Positions 47,487-60,018 of a stretch of DNA of 64,000 nt are shown here, piece after piece (position 1 is the first letter of the stretch; each line of letters starts with the position of its first letter). The notes below the pieces were generated by a model. The model was not told where the DNA came from. It searched no databases and saw only the letters and a program-made list of their open reading frames with translations. The stretch spans positions 50,840,001-50,904,000 of the forward strand of contig OZ024742.1 in NCBI GenBank assembly GCA_964016885.1, read 5' to 3'. A program made the position numbers and the translations under genes. Source of the stretch: Eledone cirrhosa. Its lineage: Eukaryota.

Positions 47487-47575
47487 CTCCCTTGATACGC
47501 TGGCTTACCTCACAACAATGTTACATATTATATAACATGTTTGCATAGTGACCAGCGAAACTGTACAGTCGGGAC
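47487..47575 (+). ncRNA. Decayed hammerhead ribozyme
   Basis: TCCC [TTGATAC] GCTGG...CCAGC GAAA CTGTACAG TC GGGA; all three stems present but the core is mutated. Confidence 0.5.
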
Positions 47576-47613
47576 TAAGGAAAAAATAGGTATATTGTAT
47601 CTATTATTCCTTT

Positions 47614-47666
<53 letters not shown>

Positions 47667-48134
47667 GGAGAAGCTCCTTCTATACAATAAATATATTTGA
47701 CTCTGCCATGTATTGAGTACCTTACTTACTGTGGTTATCCCCGACTCAACCCGGGACCTACGTATAAATAGATATAGATATATTTATTCTCTATATATAA
47801 GCATGCGCATATATATCTGTATATATATATGCGCAAGCTTTATAATATGTATTCCATCCGGCAAAGGTGTATGTATTTGTATAATTACAAGTATGTATGC
47901 TTGTAAAAATTTGTTACCGTATGATTACGAGATACGGGAATCGAATATAGACTCTGTGAATAAGATAAGACGAAATGTTGATACTCTGTAGGAATGCTTT
48001 ACATATACATTATATAAAATATATAGTTGCACACATACACATGTGCAGAGACACACACACGCCCTCACACACACACACACACACACACGCGCGCGCGCAG
48101 ACACAAACACACACATTATATATATATATATATA

Positions 48135-48408
48135 TAGTATAAAGAAAATGAAAAATCAGTGATGTATCTGGACTCAATTTATTGCGTGTTACAATTGTTT
48201 CGCCGGCAGGTAGCTCGAGACATGGTCCCTGTATGGTGTGATAAAATTTGCTCCGAACGAACTACCCGTGTCCGAAGGAACTTGGAGCCGTAGAATCATC
48301 CAGATCCACACAGGGACCATGTCTCGAGCCACCTGCCGGCGAAACAATTGTAACACGCAATAAATTGAGTCCAGATGCATCACTCATTTTTCGTTTTCAT
48401 TATACTAT
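48135..48408. repeat. Micro head-to-head fold-back of a PLE-type 3' end
   Basis: 48135-48232 is inverted at 48309-48408. HHR 3' half GC-GAAA-CAATTG-TA. Confidence 0.8.
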
Positions 48409-48501
48409 CTACACTCTACTCTGCTGAATATTTATTGCTAATTTTGGCATACCGCCTATGGAAGCACCATAGCTACCATTATACACAAGTATATATATAT
48501 A

Positions 48502-49264
48502 TACAATATGTTGAAAAGGTAACACACTAGAGAGAGATATACAGTGCGCTATTCCATACACTGCTGGTTTTTCCCTGTTTTATTGATAGCGCACTGTATA
48601 TCTCTCTCTAGTGTGTTACATTTTCAACATATTGTATTTTAAAGAGCTCAGGATTTCTTCTCCTTTTAGCGCATTATTTACAGGGAATGGCGAGAGTCTA
48701 CAGCTCCGTTAATTTATCGTGATATTTCGCTCCTTATAACAGTCTTTCCTCTCTCTGTGTTTTTTTAGCACACTTCTCAGAGTGGTTTTGGGCTGCCCTT
48801 TCTAGCAGCTTGTCCCTCAGAGGCCACTGGTTCACTGCCCTTAAACACGCCGTGACTTCTCTCTCCTACGTATTACTGGACAGTCACTTTTAAAATTCTC
48901 TTAATGCTGTCTAAAATGTATAGCCTTACACACGCTGAGGAACCGAGTTTATTCCATTTCTGTCAAAAACTTTCTGGCGAAACAGATCTCTTTGGATTTG
49001 TACGTGTGTTATATAGTTATAGAGGTATTTATTTACGCTTAAATTTATATTTTTAATTATCGTGTCTATAGTCTGCCTTTCATAGGTTATATATTCCATA
49101 CACTGGTGTTTTTTTCCCTGTTTTATTGATAGCGCACTGTATATCTCTTTCTAGTGTGTTACCTTTTCAACATATCGTATTTTAAAGAGTTCAGGACTTT
49201 TTCTCCTTTGAGCACATTATTTACAGGGAATGGCGAGAGTTAACGGCTCCGTTAATTTATCGTG

Positions 49265-49265
<1 letters not shown>
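48502..49265 (+). mobile_element. Non-coding HHR element family C (retrozyme-like), 542-nt unit x1.3, with a 50-bp inverted 5' arm
   Basis: 48550-48721 is repeated at 49092-49264; 48502-48552 is inverted relative to 48586-48637. Confidence 0.8.
48928..49009 (+). ncRNA. Full three-stem type I hammerhead ribozyme
   Basis: ACACACG CTGAGGA ACCGAGTTT...AAACTTTCTGGC GAAA CAGATC-TCTTTG-GATTTG TA CGTGTGT (7-bp stem I, 6-bp stem III). Confidence 0.8.
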
Positions 49266-49339
<74 letters not shown>

Positions 49340-49347
<8 letters not shown>

Positions 49348-49645
49348 AAGACAACATAGAATATTCGAAAATATTCTGTATGTTTATAATAAACATTTTG
49401 AAGACCCAATCGCTATAGAATAGAATACGTCACGTATTACAATTTGAGATTCTCGATAAAAGTAAGGGAAGTAATCTACGCGTTTCATTCTTGTTAGAAA
49501 TCTTCAGGATTACATATCCAATACTTTTATCGAGAACGACACAGCTAGAGACTTATAGAATACTTAGCTGTGTACAGGAACATTATAAACATTATTATAA
49601 ACATACAGAATATTTTCGAATATTCTATGTTGTCTTCACATATAT
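49340..49645. repeat. Short fold-back with ~55-bp arms in (TA)n
   Basis: GTGAAGACAACATAGAATATTCGAAAATATTCTGTATGTTTATAATAA and its reverse complement at ~49592-49640. Confidence 0.75.
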
Positions 49646-49676
49646 ATCGCTATTTCAGAGCATTAAATCCCCCCCA

Positions 49677-49731
<55 letters not shown>

Positions 49732-49800
49732 TACATATATATATATACATATATACATATATATATATACATATATACATATATATATATACATATATAC

Positions 49801-50008
<208 letters not shown>

Positions 50009-50019
50009 CATATATATTT

Positions 50020-50083
<64 letters not shown>

Positions 50084-50106
50084 TAGACCGCGGCGTAAAA
50101 TTCCCG

Positions 50107-50139
<33 letters not shown>

Positions 50140-50141
50140 TA

Positions 50142-50372
50142 AATAAGGACGATTAGTTAGTCCTTCGTTACGTTTATTAGTGACGCGCGTTTCGCCACTG
50201 ACCAACTCAAGGTTCGATCTGTATCGATCTGGCATGACTCTGTAATCTGGTCAATGGCGAAACGCGCGTCGCCAATAAACGTAATGAAGGACTAACCAAT
50301 CGTCCTTGTTATCTTATTTAACAATAATGCACTCTGTATAGCTCTACACCGCGACACTGAAGTGAACCTAAT
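50142..50372. repeat. Micro fold-back of a PLE-type 3' end
   Basis: 50143-50203 is inverted at 50248-50310. HHR 3' half GGC-GAAA-CGCGCG-TC-GCC-AATAAA. Confidence 0.75.
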
Positions 50373-51869
50373 CATATATATATATATTGTTAGGTTTAGG
50401 CAAGTATAGACTCAGGCCTTGCCAAACATAACATCACATCACTTCGCGAAGCCTTCCAGATCTTGCTATTCAATGTTTTTGATAACATAACACACACCAT
50501 ACAAAGCTATTGCTGTCGGGGACATACTCGGGTTTAAGTGGTTTATTTCCAATTTCTTGGGGGAATTCGTTCTTGAACATTTTTGATTTCCTGGAAATAT
50601 TTTATGTCTTGATCCATCTTTGTATGATATTAAAATAAAAATGACCCGTTGAAGTAATATAGTTGTTTTGTTTCGTAAGTTTATGAGATACAAGATCCAT
50701 TTAGGGGGCGTTTACTTGGACGGCCGATCCTTATATGGATTTTAATGTTGAGGCCATCATTTGATCAATGCTGAAGTAATATTTTCCGCATCATACAAAT
50801 AATTTAACGTTCACTGTGACGTTGGATCGTGTAGAGTAGTGTTTGTGTTATTCTAGTAGTCCCCCAATAGTATTGGCTTGACTTGTCTACCGTTTTAATG
50901 ATTGATCTGTGTGGTACTTCAATAACACTTCGCTACGTGTGTGGATACCACATATGACAAGACGATGTGGGGCAGATTAAAGACAGAGAGGTGGCAGTTG
51001 ATTGGGTTAATATATCTAGACCGGAATTTTTTAGTTCATGAAGGCATCGCAGAGGAAACGTAGATGTGTATATATCCCGTTCAAATATTACCTCAAGATA
51101 AGTTACCAGGTTCGATTACTTATCACATAGACTGCCCTTATAATAAATTGACCTGATTCATCAGACTTTGTATAAAGCTGAGTATCGCTGAAAATTACGT
51201 AAGGCTACACGTGATTGTGTAATTTTGAGTCACGTGCACGTTAAATCCCTAAGGAATCTGGAACACTCATTGTTGAAATAGTGAGAGGTTCTTTCCATTA
51301 TACAAAGGAAATAGAGATCTCGTGGAATATATACATGAGAGTATGTGTTTGTTGGTGTGTTTTGTATATGAGTGTGTGCATTAGTGAGAGTATTTTTTTG
51401 TGGGTGTGGTCCTGTTATTGTAAGTAGAAAGTAAATTCCAAATGTCACATATGTCCAGAGTCAAAATGATATTACATATGAGCAATTTGAAATATAATAT
51501 TATGTTTATACTCTAGTAATGAATGGAATCATGTGTAAATCATATGTTTAGAGAATAGTTTATTTTATAAAAACAGAAAGCAAGCATTTACCCACATAAA
51601 CACTAACTTTCAATATTAATGTACGGTATTTTTTAATCCGCTCATTTATCTTCCATGTAGTGTGCGATCATATTTCAATTTTAATGCTTGTCGTCTCATA
51701 AATCAGTAATATTATATATGTAAACATAAAATGCCTTTCAATAACTTGTTTTTAAATTATTGTTATTTTTAATATCTAAAATACTTGCAAAATTCCCTTT
51801 TTATTAGTTTTATTGTAGTTAATAAAAGGGCAATAGATTGGCAGGTTTATTAGGGTTTTAGATAAAATT

Positions 51870-52190
51870 ATATTTCAGTGTTGTCGTTGTTCATGTTATT
51901 GTTGCTGTTGAGGTTGTGGTTGCTGTTGGTGATGCCGTTGTTGCTGTTGTTGTTGGTGGTGTTGTTTGTCGTTGTTGCAGCTGTAGTTGGGGTTGTCATT
52001 TGTGTTCATATTATTGTTCTCACTATTGTTGGTGTTGTTATTGTTTTATGGTGTTGCTGTTGGTGATACTGTCTAATCAGAATTGTTGTGTGAAGGGCGG
52101 TGATATTCATCTCAACGTATGAGCCAGGGTCACGTGACAATTGGCTGATTGTTGGGGGCCGTGCTTTATCCATGTTTTTCTTTTTAGAAA
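51870..52190 (-). mobile_element. 5' UTR remnant of a Tx1/L1-like LINE (copy 1 of the array)
   Basis: (CAA)-rich tract and motifs resembling 59690-59935. Confidence 0.55.
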
Positions 52191-53420
52191 AATATTTTTC
52201 AAGAAATTAAAGTTCAAATATTTGAGCCCAAGGCCCGTATATTATGGAGTCGCCTTAACATTGTGCAATGGGAAGCGCCTTAGAAACAGTTTGTGACAAA
52301 AATATAATGATGAATACAATGTACAATTGAAAATTGACAAAACCTACGGAGCGATATTCAAATAGGCCTTGGTAAACCAAATAACAACAACAACACGAAC
52401 AATAAAAGTAATAATGTTTTCTTTAACCACAGGGTTGACATAACGTTTACCATTAAGAAAAGTACAGGACGGTATAAAAAGGCATTTCTACGTGTAAAAA
52501 AAACCAAAACAAATACAACATTATATTTATAGAAAACAAAAGCAAACGATGTAACAAAAAAAAATGAAACAAGGAGAAATTCCCCAATAGAGGAGAGCGT
52601 TCCGAGAGTCTCTCATAAAGAAACCCATAAAATGCCACAGTCAGCACCCTCTTTCAGTTTTCCTCCTACGATGCTACAGGCAAATGTTCAGGGCAAGTCC
52701 ATTCACACTGGCCATTCTTACCTCTCTCACCTACTTTTTAACAAGCTGGCTGGAAGGCAGCACTTCCCTCTCCACACTGATTTTCTTTTTTCAGGTAAAA
52801 CGTGAAAAAGCTAACATGTTCGCCAGAAACCCCAAAGTCAGGGATGCTCGGACACTGAACGAGTACGTGTGGGACAGTCTCGCCACCAGACGCGCATGTC
52901 GGACAGGCTCGGAGGACGGCACTTTCATACCTGTAGAGTTTGTCTGGAACTGGTAACACTCCCCTGTAACACTCTCATTCCAGGGACTTCTGGAAGTTAT
53001 CCATTGGCCTTGGACCAAAAGTACACCGAAGAGAAGAGCTAGTTGGTTTTCGTAGACCCCTAGAATCTCCCCAAGAACGTCGTCGCTCATATATTCCACT
53101 AAACCTCTATAGAACACCAAGGTGGATTTTCCACCGATGACATCGCCCGACTGGTCGAGGGTTGTGAGCACCTTAGGCATTCCAGTCTACAATAGATTCC
53201 TCTCGCGCCTCGCTTGATCCAGGACTGCAGCTCCGTCAAGGAGACGAACCAGGGAAAAACGTGTCTAGAAAACGATGACCACACCTGTTCACCGTCGAGA
53301 AAGAGGTGAATATGGCGTGGCCTGAGCGCATGTCTGCGCATCATCAACCACGGCAAGCAAGTGGGCCACAATGCCTTTACTAAGCACCATGTCTAATTCT
53401 CCAACTAGTCCTCTCTCTGC

Positions 53421-56400
53421 ATAGGGGCATAGGGGGCTTGGGCAGGGGTAGTACACTTGATGGTTCACAGCTGCACCCTAACTGGTAGGGTGGTCAGTCA
53501 TCACCGGCTCCCACCCATCCCCTAAATCTCTCACGTGTGGGTCCAAGCGCCATGCCCCGGCACACCGCTTCAGCTGGTGGACTGAACCACGTGAGGGAGT
53601 GGTGTTGACACGGCACCACTAGACGTATGAGCTTCAAAAGGAAGCCACTGCTTAAAGCAGAAGGAAATCCTCTCTCGGCACCGGTCCAGGACTGAAGGCG
53701 ACCCACACCAATTTCCGTGGCCATTGGTTTGCAGTTCTACCAGAGACTACTCCACTTACTATCTCTTTACTAAATGTCAGCGGTTGGGCTTCAGGTCCGC
53801 GACCTGTTCCCGGAAAATCTCTCCTGCTACGAAAAAAATCATAGTGCATCAGATTCAAATTCCAAGTTGTCAGGAGAACGGTTCTCTCTAACCGGAGATT
53901 GGGTGACGGGTGTCGGCGAAAGTCTCGATGTGAAAGCCGACATCCTGAGGACCAGAATTCTGTCTGCAAAAACAACCACACGGATTGGATATTGGAACAT
54001 AAGAACTCTGTACCAACCATTCAAAATTGCGCAAGTTATCGGAGAAATGGAGGCCTACAAAATTAACATCCTAGGCCTCAGCGAGGTCCGCTGGACTGAC
54101 TCTGGGAAGTTTGTCCATGAAAACCAGACCATCTTGTTCTCAGGCCGTCAGAACGGGACCCAGCGAGATGGAGTTGCAATCATCATGGACAGGGCTGCCA
54201 GTAGTGCCCTTGAGGAGTGTACTCCTATCAACGAACGCCTAATGGCAGCAAGATTCACCACATCACATGCAAAGGTCACCATAGCTCAGTGCTATGCTCC
54301 AACCAACGAACATAACGACGAAGACAAGGACGCTTTCCACCAACAAATAGAAGATGTTGTCAACTAAACTCCACGTCATGACATCCTGATCATCATGGGA
54401 GACATGAACGCACAGATCGGGGGAAGCAGGGTTGGCTTTGAACATGTCCTTGGCTCCCATGCTTATGGAAACCGCATGGACAACGGGGACAGGTTTGTCC
54501 AGTTCTGTGCCATGAACAATATTAAAATCGCCTCGTCACTATTTGACTACAATAATATCCACAAGGTGACATGGGTTTCGAACGACCACAGGACCAAGAC
54601 GCAAATAGACCATATTGCAATTGGCCCAAGATGGAGAACTCCTTGCCTGCAGGACGTCCGAGTATACCGAGGCAAAGATGTCTGCAGTAACCACTATCTG
54701 TCTGTTACCAAACTTAAAATCAGACTGAGGAAGCAGAAGAAGAAAGCACCCGCTACAAGGCGTTTTGACACCACCAAGCTGAAGAACGGTTACACAGAAG
54801 CACAGTTCGAGGCTGCTTTGAGGAACAGATTTGCTGTCCTTGAGGAGCCTGCACCCGGCTCGGTCAATTGGTAGGAGGAAATGAAGAAGACCATGGAAGC
54901 TGCAGGGGAAGAAATCCTGGGCTACAGGAAGTCCCTCAGAGAAGCTTGGGTCAGCGACAACATCTGGCAGCTGATTAATGAAAGGAAAGCCCTACACTAG
55001 CAAAGGCATGCCACTACCCCAGAGGTCATCAAAGTATATCAGCAGTATGTTGAGAAGGACAAGGAGGTGAAACGCAGCGCCCAAAAGGACAAACGAATGT
55101 GGCTTGAGAGTAAGGCAGAAGAGGCAGAAGCAGCTGCGACACGCAATGGCATGCGCTCTGTGTACCAAATTGCCAAGAAAATCACCGACAGCTCTAGAGC
55201 TAACTCAGGCCCGGTGAAGCGAAATATGGTACGCTGCTTTCCAAGGGTGAAGAAAAGTTAGTCAGACGGGCTGAACATTTCAAGGTAGTCCTCAACCGAC
55301 CGGAGCCACGTATGCCAGCAGCCACTAAGGAACCTATTAGTTTGTTACCTATTAATACTGATGACTTCACTGAGAAGGAAGACTGCATGGCCATCAAAAC
55401 CCTTAATAAAAACAAGTCACCAGGTATAGATGGCATTTCTGCTGAAATGCTGAAGTCAGGAGGCGAAAGCATGGTCAAGTGGATGTGCCACTTATGTAAT
55501 CTTGTGTGGAACACGGGTGAAGTCCCAGAAGACGAGGAACGGAGCAGTTGTCTGTATCCCCAAGAAGGGAAACCTTGCCGATTGTGACAACTGGAGGGGA
55601 GTGACACTTTTCTCCATACCAGGGAAGGTCTATTGTCTAGTGATCCTGAACCGCATGCGTGGCATGGTAGACCGGGAACTGCGAGAACAACAGGCAGGCT
55701 TCCGACCAAAACGTTCCTGTGCAGAGCAGATCTTTACGCTACGCCGCATCATTGAGAGGTACAACGAATTCCAGAGGCCCCTCGCCATCAGCTTCATCGA
55801 TTTCTCCAAAGCATTCTATAGCATTCATCGACCGTCGCTCTGGAGCATCATGCATGAGTATGGTCTGCCCCATGAAGTCATTTCGGCATTCAAACAGATT
55901 TACGCAAACTCCAAGTGCTGCATACAGACAGAAGATGGTTACAGTGACTGGATTGAGGTGGTTAATGGCGTGCGTCAAGGTTTCTCGCTCTCTCCAATTC
56001 TCTTTGACATAGCCATTGACTGGGTACTAAGAAGAGCGTCTAAAGACAAGGGTATATCTTGGGTGGGAGAGCAAAACTTTTCTGCACTGGAACTTGCGGA
56101 TGATATTGCTACACTTGCAGAGAGCACAGCTGACCTGCAAATCATTATGAACAATATCAATGTCGAAGCAGGAAGTTTAGGTCTCAATATCAGTGCCAAG
56201 AATACCAAAAGCATGTTATCTTGGACACAGCCACCACCAATCAGTGTTTTCGTTGAACAGGAGGAGGTGGAGATAGTGGACAACTTGACCTACCTAGGAA
56301 GCTCCATTAACAGTGAACTGCAATGTAGAATGGGAAAGGCTTCAGCAGCATTTAATCAGCTTGACAAGATCTGGAAGAGCAGGAAGTTCACCCTCAAAAC

Positions 56401-56845
56401 AAAGATGAGATTCTACAACAGCAACGTGCTGTCCACACTCTTGTACGGAAGACCAGCCAAGAGAAGAAATAGGACGCATTCGATTCCAGATGTCTGCGAA
56501 AGATCCTGGGGATTAAATGGAGTGACCATGTAACAAACCAGGAAGTCAGGAACGGCACCAACCAGCAGCTGGTCTCTTCTACCATCTGCAAGCGACGCCT
56601 GGGCTGGCTTGGACACACTTGGAGAAATCTCCCAGAGAGACTGGCGAAACAAGTACTTAAATGGAGCCCGCAGGGAAGCAGACGGAGAGGGCGACCCAAT
56701 ATGAACTGGCGCCAGACAGTTGAGAGGGACCTGCGAGCGACAAACAGACAATGGCGGGACGCTGTGCAACTGGCTGCTGACCGAACGCTATGAAACACTA
56801 TGATTGCCTGATGCGTCGCAAGACGCAGGAGCTTCTGATCCTGAG
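53421..56845 (+). mobile_element. Full-length RTE-clade LINE (APE + RT single ORF, disrupted)
   Basis: IGYWNIRTL, LSEVRW, QCYAPT, MGDMNA, IDHI, NWRGVTL, QQAGFR, IDFSKAF, GVRQG, LADD and R.RGRP..W. 11-bp TSD CCTC(T/C)CTCTGC at 53410-53420 and 56846-56856. Confidence 0.93.
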
Positions 56846-59321
56846 CCTCCCTCTGCTCTATTTTTCTCTATTGGTAATGCCTTACTAATCGCCCTTTTGA
56901 GGGAGAACCACCATGTGTTGTTGAGAACTCACCCCGTCAACTCCCTCTTAACTAGTTCGCTGATCCGGTCTCTCTAGGATATTTGCTTCGTCAACGACGT
57001 GTTTATGTTCCAGTAGCCGGGACCTTGTCTATGAATCTTATCTACGTCGTCCACACAGATCCCCAATTTGTTGTCCGTGTAGTCGACTATCTTGAATTGT
57101 GGACAGCCTATGCTAGACCTATTAATTTCCCTACAAATTATCCTCACTAGATACGATCTGGATGACCCTATGCGCTTTGTCCAGGTCTATATAGGCCCAT
57201 TCTGGAGATCCAGATGGTACCTGTCAGACAGTTGAACACGTCTAAGCAGGTTTGCAAGGATTGTACACACTGCGCCCATATCCGCTAATGAGACACATTC
57301 CCAGCGTGCATCTAAGATCCCGTTCCAGTCACCAACTAACACTAAAGATCGGCACGTTCTAAGAAAGGTCTCCAATCGCCGGAAGAAGTTAGGCATAGAC
57401 GTCCACTAGCCTGAAAGTTTGCCCTTCTCTGTTTCTCATATCCAGCACCACCAATTTATATTCTGGGACCAAGATGATGGCCCGTATCTCGAGATCCCGA
57501 CTTCTCTGGAAAAGCACAGTCACTCCCACCCCAGAGCCGGGACGGCTTGGAGATGTGTACACCTTGTAGCCCCCGAATGCTCGTGTCTCGGCGATTCCGG
57601 TCTCGTTGATGGCCATTACCGTTATGTTTAACGATCTGAGATCTTTGAGAAGGTGTCCCTGCTTCCAAGAAGATCTTTGGCAGCGTGCATTTATACTCCC
57701 TTTCCTGAGAGAAGCCTTGTTGGCTAAGATAGGAGGAAAACAAGTGAGAGGCGAAAGAAAAAAAAATACTATTGGCTTTTCTTTTTAGGACGGAGATGTG
57801 TCAGCCATCGTTCCGACTTGTGGATTTCTCCACGAGAATGTCAGAATATATTCTTTTGGTGAGTTACTCTCCATAGTCTCCATTTGCTGCGGGAAACTTT
57901 TTCTTTAATGGTGTATTTCTGTGATGTTGGTGTGGTGTTGAATGTAATTTAAAACTTTTGTGTTGTCTGTGTTTATAGCTGTGCATTGTGTCTGCTTTGG
58001 CGATGTTGGTGCTTTCAGTGTTTCTGTGGTGTTGCTGGAGGTAACGATGGGATAGATGATAATGATGGCGGTGGTGCTGGTGTCTGTTGTGGTGGTGATG
58101 ATGTAGGAGGTTGTGGGGATGTGGTTGTTGATGGTGGTGGCTGTGGTGTCGTGTTCATTTTTTTGTTTTTTTTCATCTTCTTTTATGGGGGAGGGTGAAG
58201 GTATGAGAATTCTTTTTTTCCTCCCTACGATGATTTTCATCCTTCAAGCGTCATCACATTCGCTGTCCAATTAAGCGATATCGGAAAGGGGGCATGCTCT
58301 TAATTGGTCTTGTTGGCGCTGTTGGTGCTGAAGGAGATGGTGTTTTTGTCCATGGTGCTGGTAGTTTTTCTGCCACAGCGGCCTCCGGTGATTTAGCCAC
58401 TCCAGTCACCGCGCACGGCGTAGGGAGAGGTGGGAGAGCAAGCCTGCCTTGGTGAGTTTAGACTAGAAGGATTTAAGGTGACTTTTGTTTCCGCACTTGT
58501 GACACCTTGGGTGCCACGCTTCAACAGTCACGTGCAGTTGGCTGCAGGTCGATCACATCGGTGATAGCTTCTATGCTTTCATGGTTTGATTGGATGATTT
58601 GCTCCATCTCCGAACCTGACCAGTTTCCCTGTCTTATACGCATGACGTCTAGGATTGTTGTTGACGTCAGCGACGATGGCCGCCATCAGCCAAGGGATCT
58701 CCACTGAGGGCGGAACCTGGGTTACTCGGACCCTAACGACCTTTGGCCGCAGTATTTGGGCACCGTCATTATATCCTCACTGTGGACTAGTGTAATGGAG
58801 TGTGCTCTGGCTTCCTCGTGCATAGCGAAGAGAACATCCACTGTGCCATACTTCGATCCTCGAGGTATGTAGGTATTCTATGCCCAGACGGTACCCATAC
58901 CCCTTTGAACCTGCGATTCGGTCACTGATTCCAACCGGTGTGATTTCAGTCCAAGTGTACGGTAAGAGACCGTATGCAAACGTCAGTTTTCATGACGTCT
59001 ACTTTCCCTGAATCCGATTTATTTTTACCAACGCCTTGGCCTGCCTCATCTCCGTGTCGCTGACGCGTACTCGTTCAACATTTTTGACAGTGTTCGCGAA
59101 TGTTGTGGCTTGAGCGACTTCTATCTGTGATGTGCTTCCTTCGTTGCTGCTGCATTCGTTGCTGTTGTTGTTGTTGTCGTGGTTGCCATTGTTGTTGATA
59201 CTGTTATATTTGTGGTCGTTGTTGTTGTTCTTGCTGTTGTTGTCATTATTGCAGTTGCTGTTGGTGTTCCTGTCGTTGTTGCTGGTGCTGTCGTTGTTCT
59301 ATTTACGACTCTATCTTTACA

Positions 59322-59674
59322 TTTTGGAAGAAAAATCAGGATAGAGAGAGAGGTGCTGTACCCCAGCAAATGTTATAAAAGGTGGGTGAATGTGACAAAG
59401 ATCGCCCGAGTGGTTGGGCCTTCTCTCTATATAAGCCTGTAGGTTGAGGAAAAAGGGGAAGAGAGGAAGAGAGTACTCACTGTTGGTGCTCCTAGAGATG
59501 AGGGTTGTATATTTTTCAAGGTGTGTACAACCCCTGTGTAACACCTCCCCCCTATTGTGGATTTCAATTGTTATTTGTTGTTTTATTAATAATTTTATTT
59601 TCATATACCACTATGTAAACTCCCCATTTGTATTTGTTCCCTTCTTTTCTGCCCTTGTGGCTAATAAAGAAATG
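59322..59674 (+). mobile_element. 5'-truncated 3' end of a related Tx1/L1-like LINE, inserted in opposite orientation
   Basis: RKIRIEREVL..KRW matches the ORF2 C-terminus; tail GCCCTTGTGGCTAATAAAGAAA; 10-bp TSD TATCTTTACA at 59312-59321 and 59675-59684. Confidence 0.8.
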
Positions 59675-59972
59675 TATCTTTACACTCGCTGGTGTTGTTG
59701 TTGCTGGTACTGTCGCTGTTTCTGCTTTTGTTGGTGTTGTCATTTTTGTTTGTATTAGTGTTCTCAGTGTTGTTGTTGTTTTTTGTGCTGATATTAGCGA
59801 TATTGCCTGATGTGATGTTACATCATAAAATGTTGCGGAAAGGGCAGCGTTATTAGCCTCAACGTTTGACTCGCTGCTGCATGTAACAAACTCAACGTTG
59901 GGCGGGGTGGGGGCGTGGCTCCGCTATGTTTTTTATTCAATAAAAATCTTCTTTTAAACATTAAATAAGAAA

Positions 59973-59974
<2 letters not shown>

Positions 59975-60018
<44 letters not shown>

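Larger units (their letters stand above)
52380..59950 (-). mobile_element. Tx1/L1-like LINE copy 2, decayed; RT core deleted, interrupted by an RTE and by an inverted 3' fragment
   Basis: APE remnants (LVLVGDWNGILD, 56850-57690), ORF1 remnant 57790-59050, C-terminal CPTC..ETVPHVLVQCP zinc knuckle, AAAGAAAAC(ATT)n tail. Homologous to 59975-64000. Confidence 0.85.

Noticed and set aside
57905-59442. Thr/Val-rich mucin-like or membrane-like ORFs
   Set aside because: These are low-complexity (CAA/CAC)n tracts within the Tx1/L1-like 5' UTR and ORF1.
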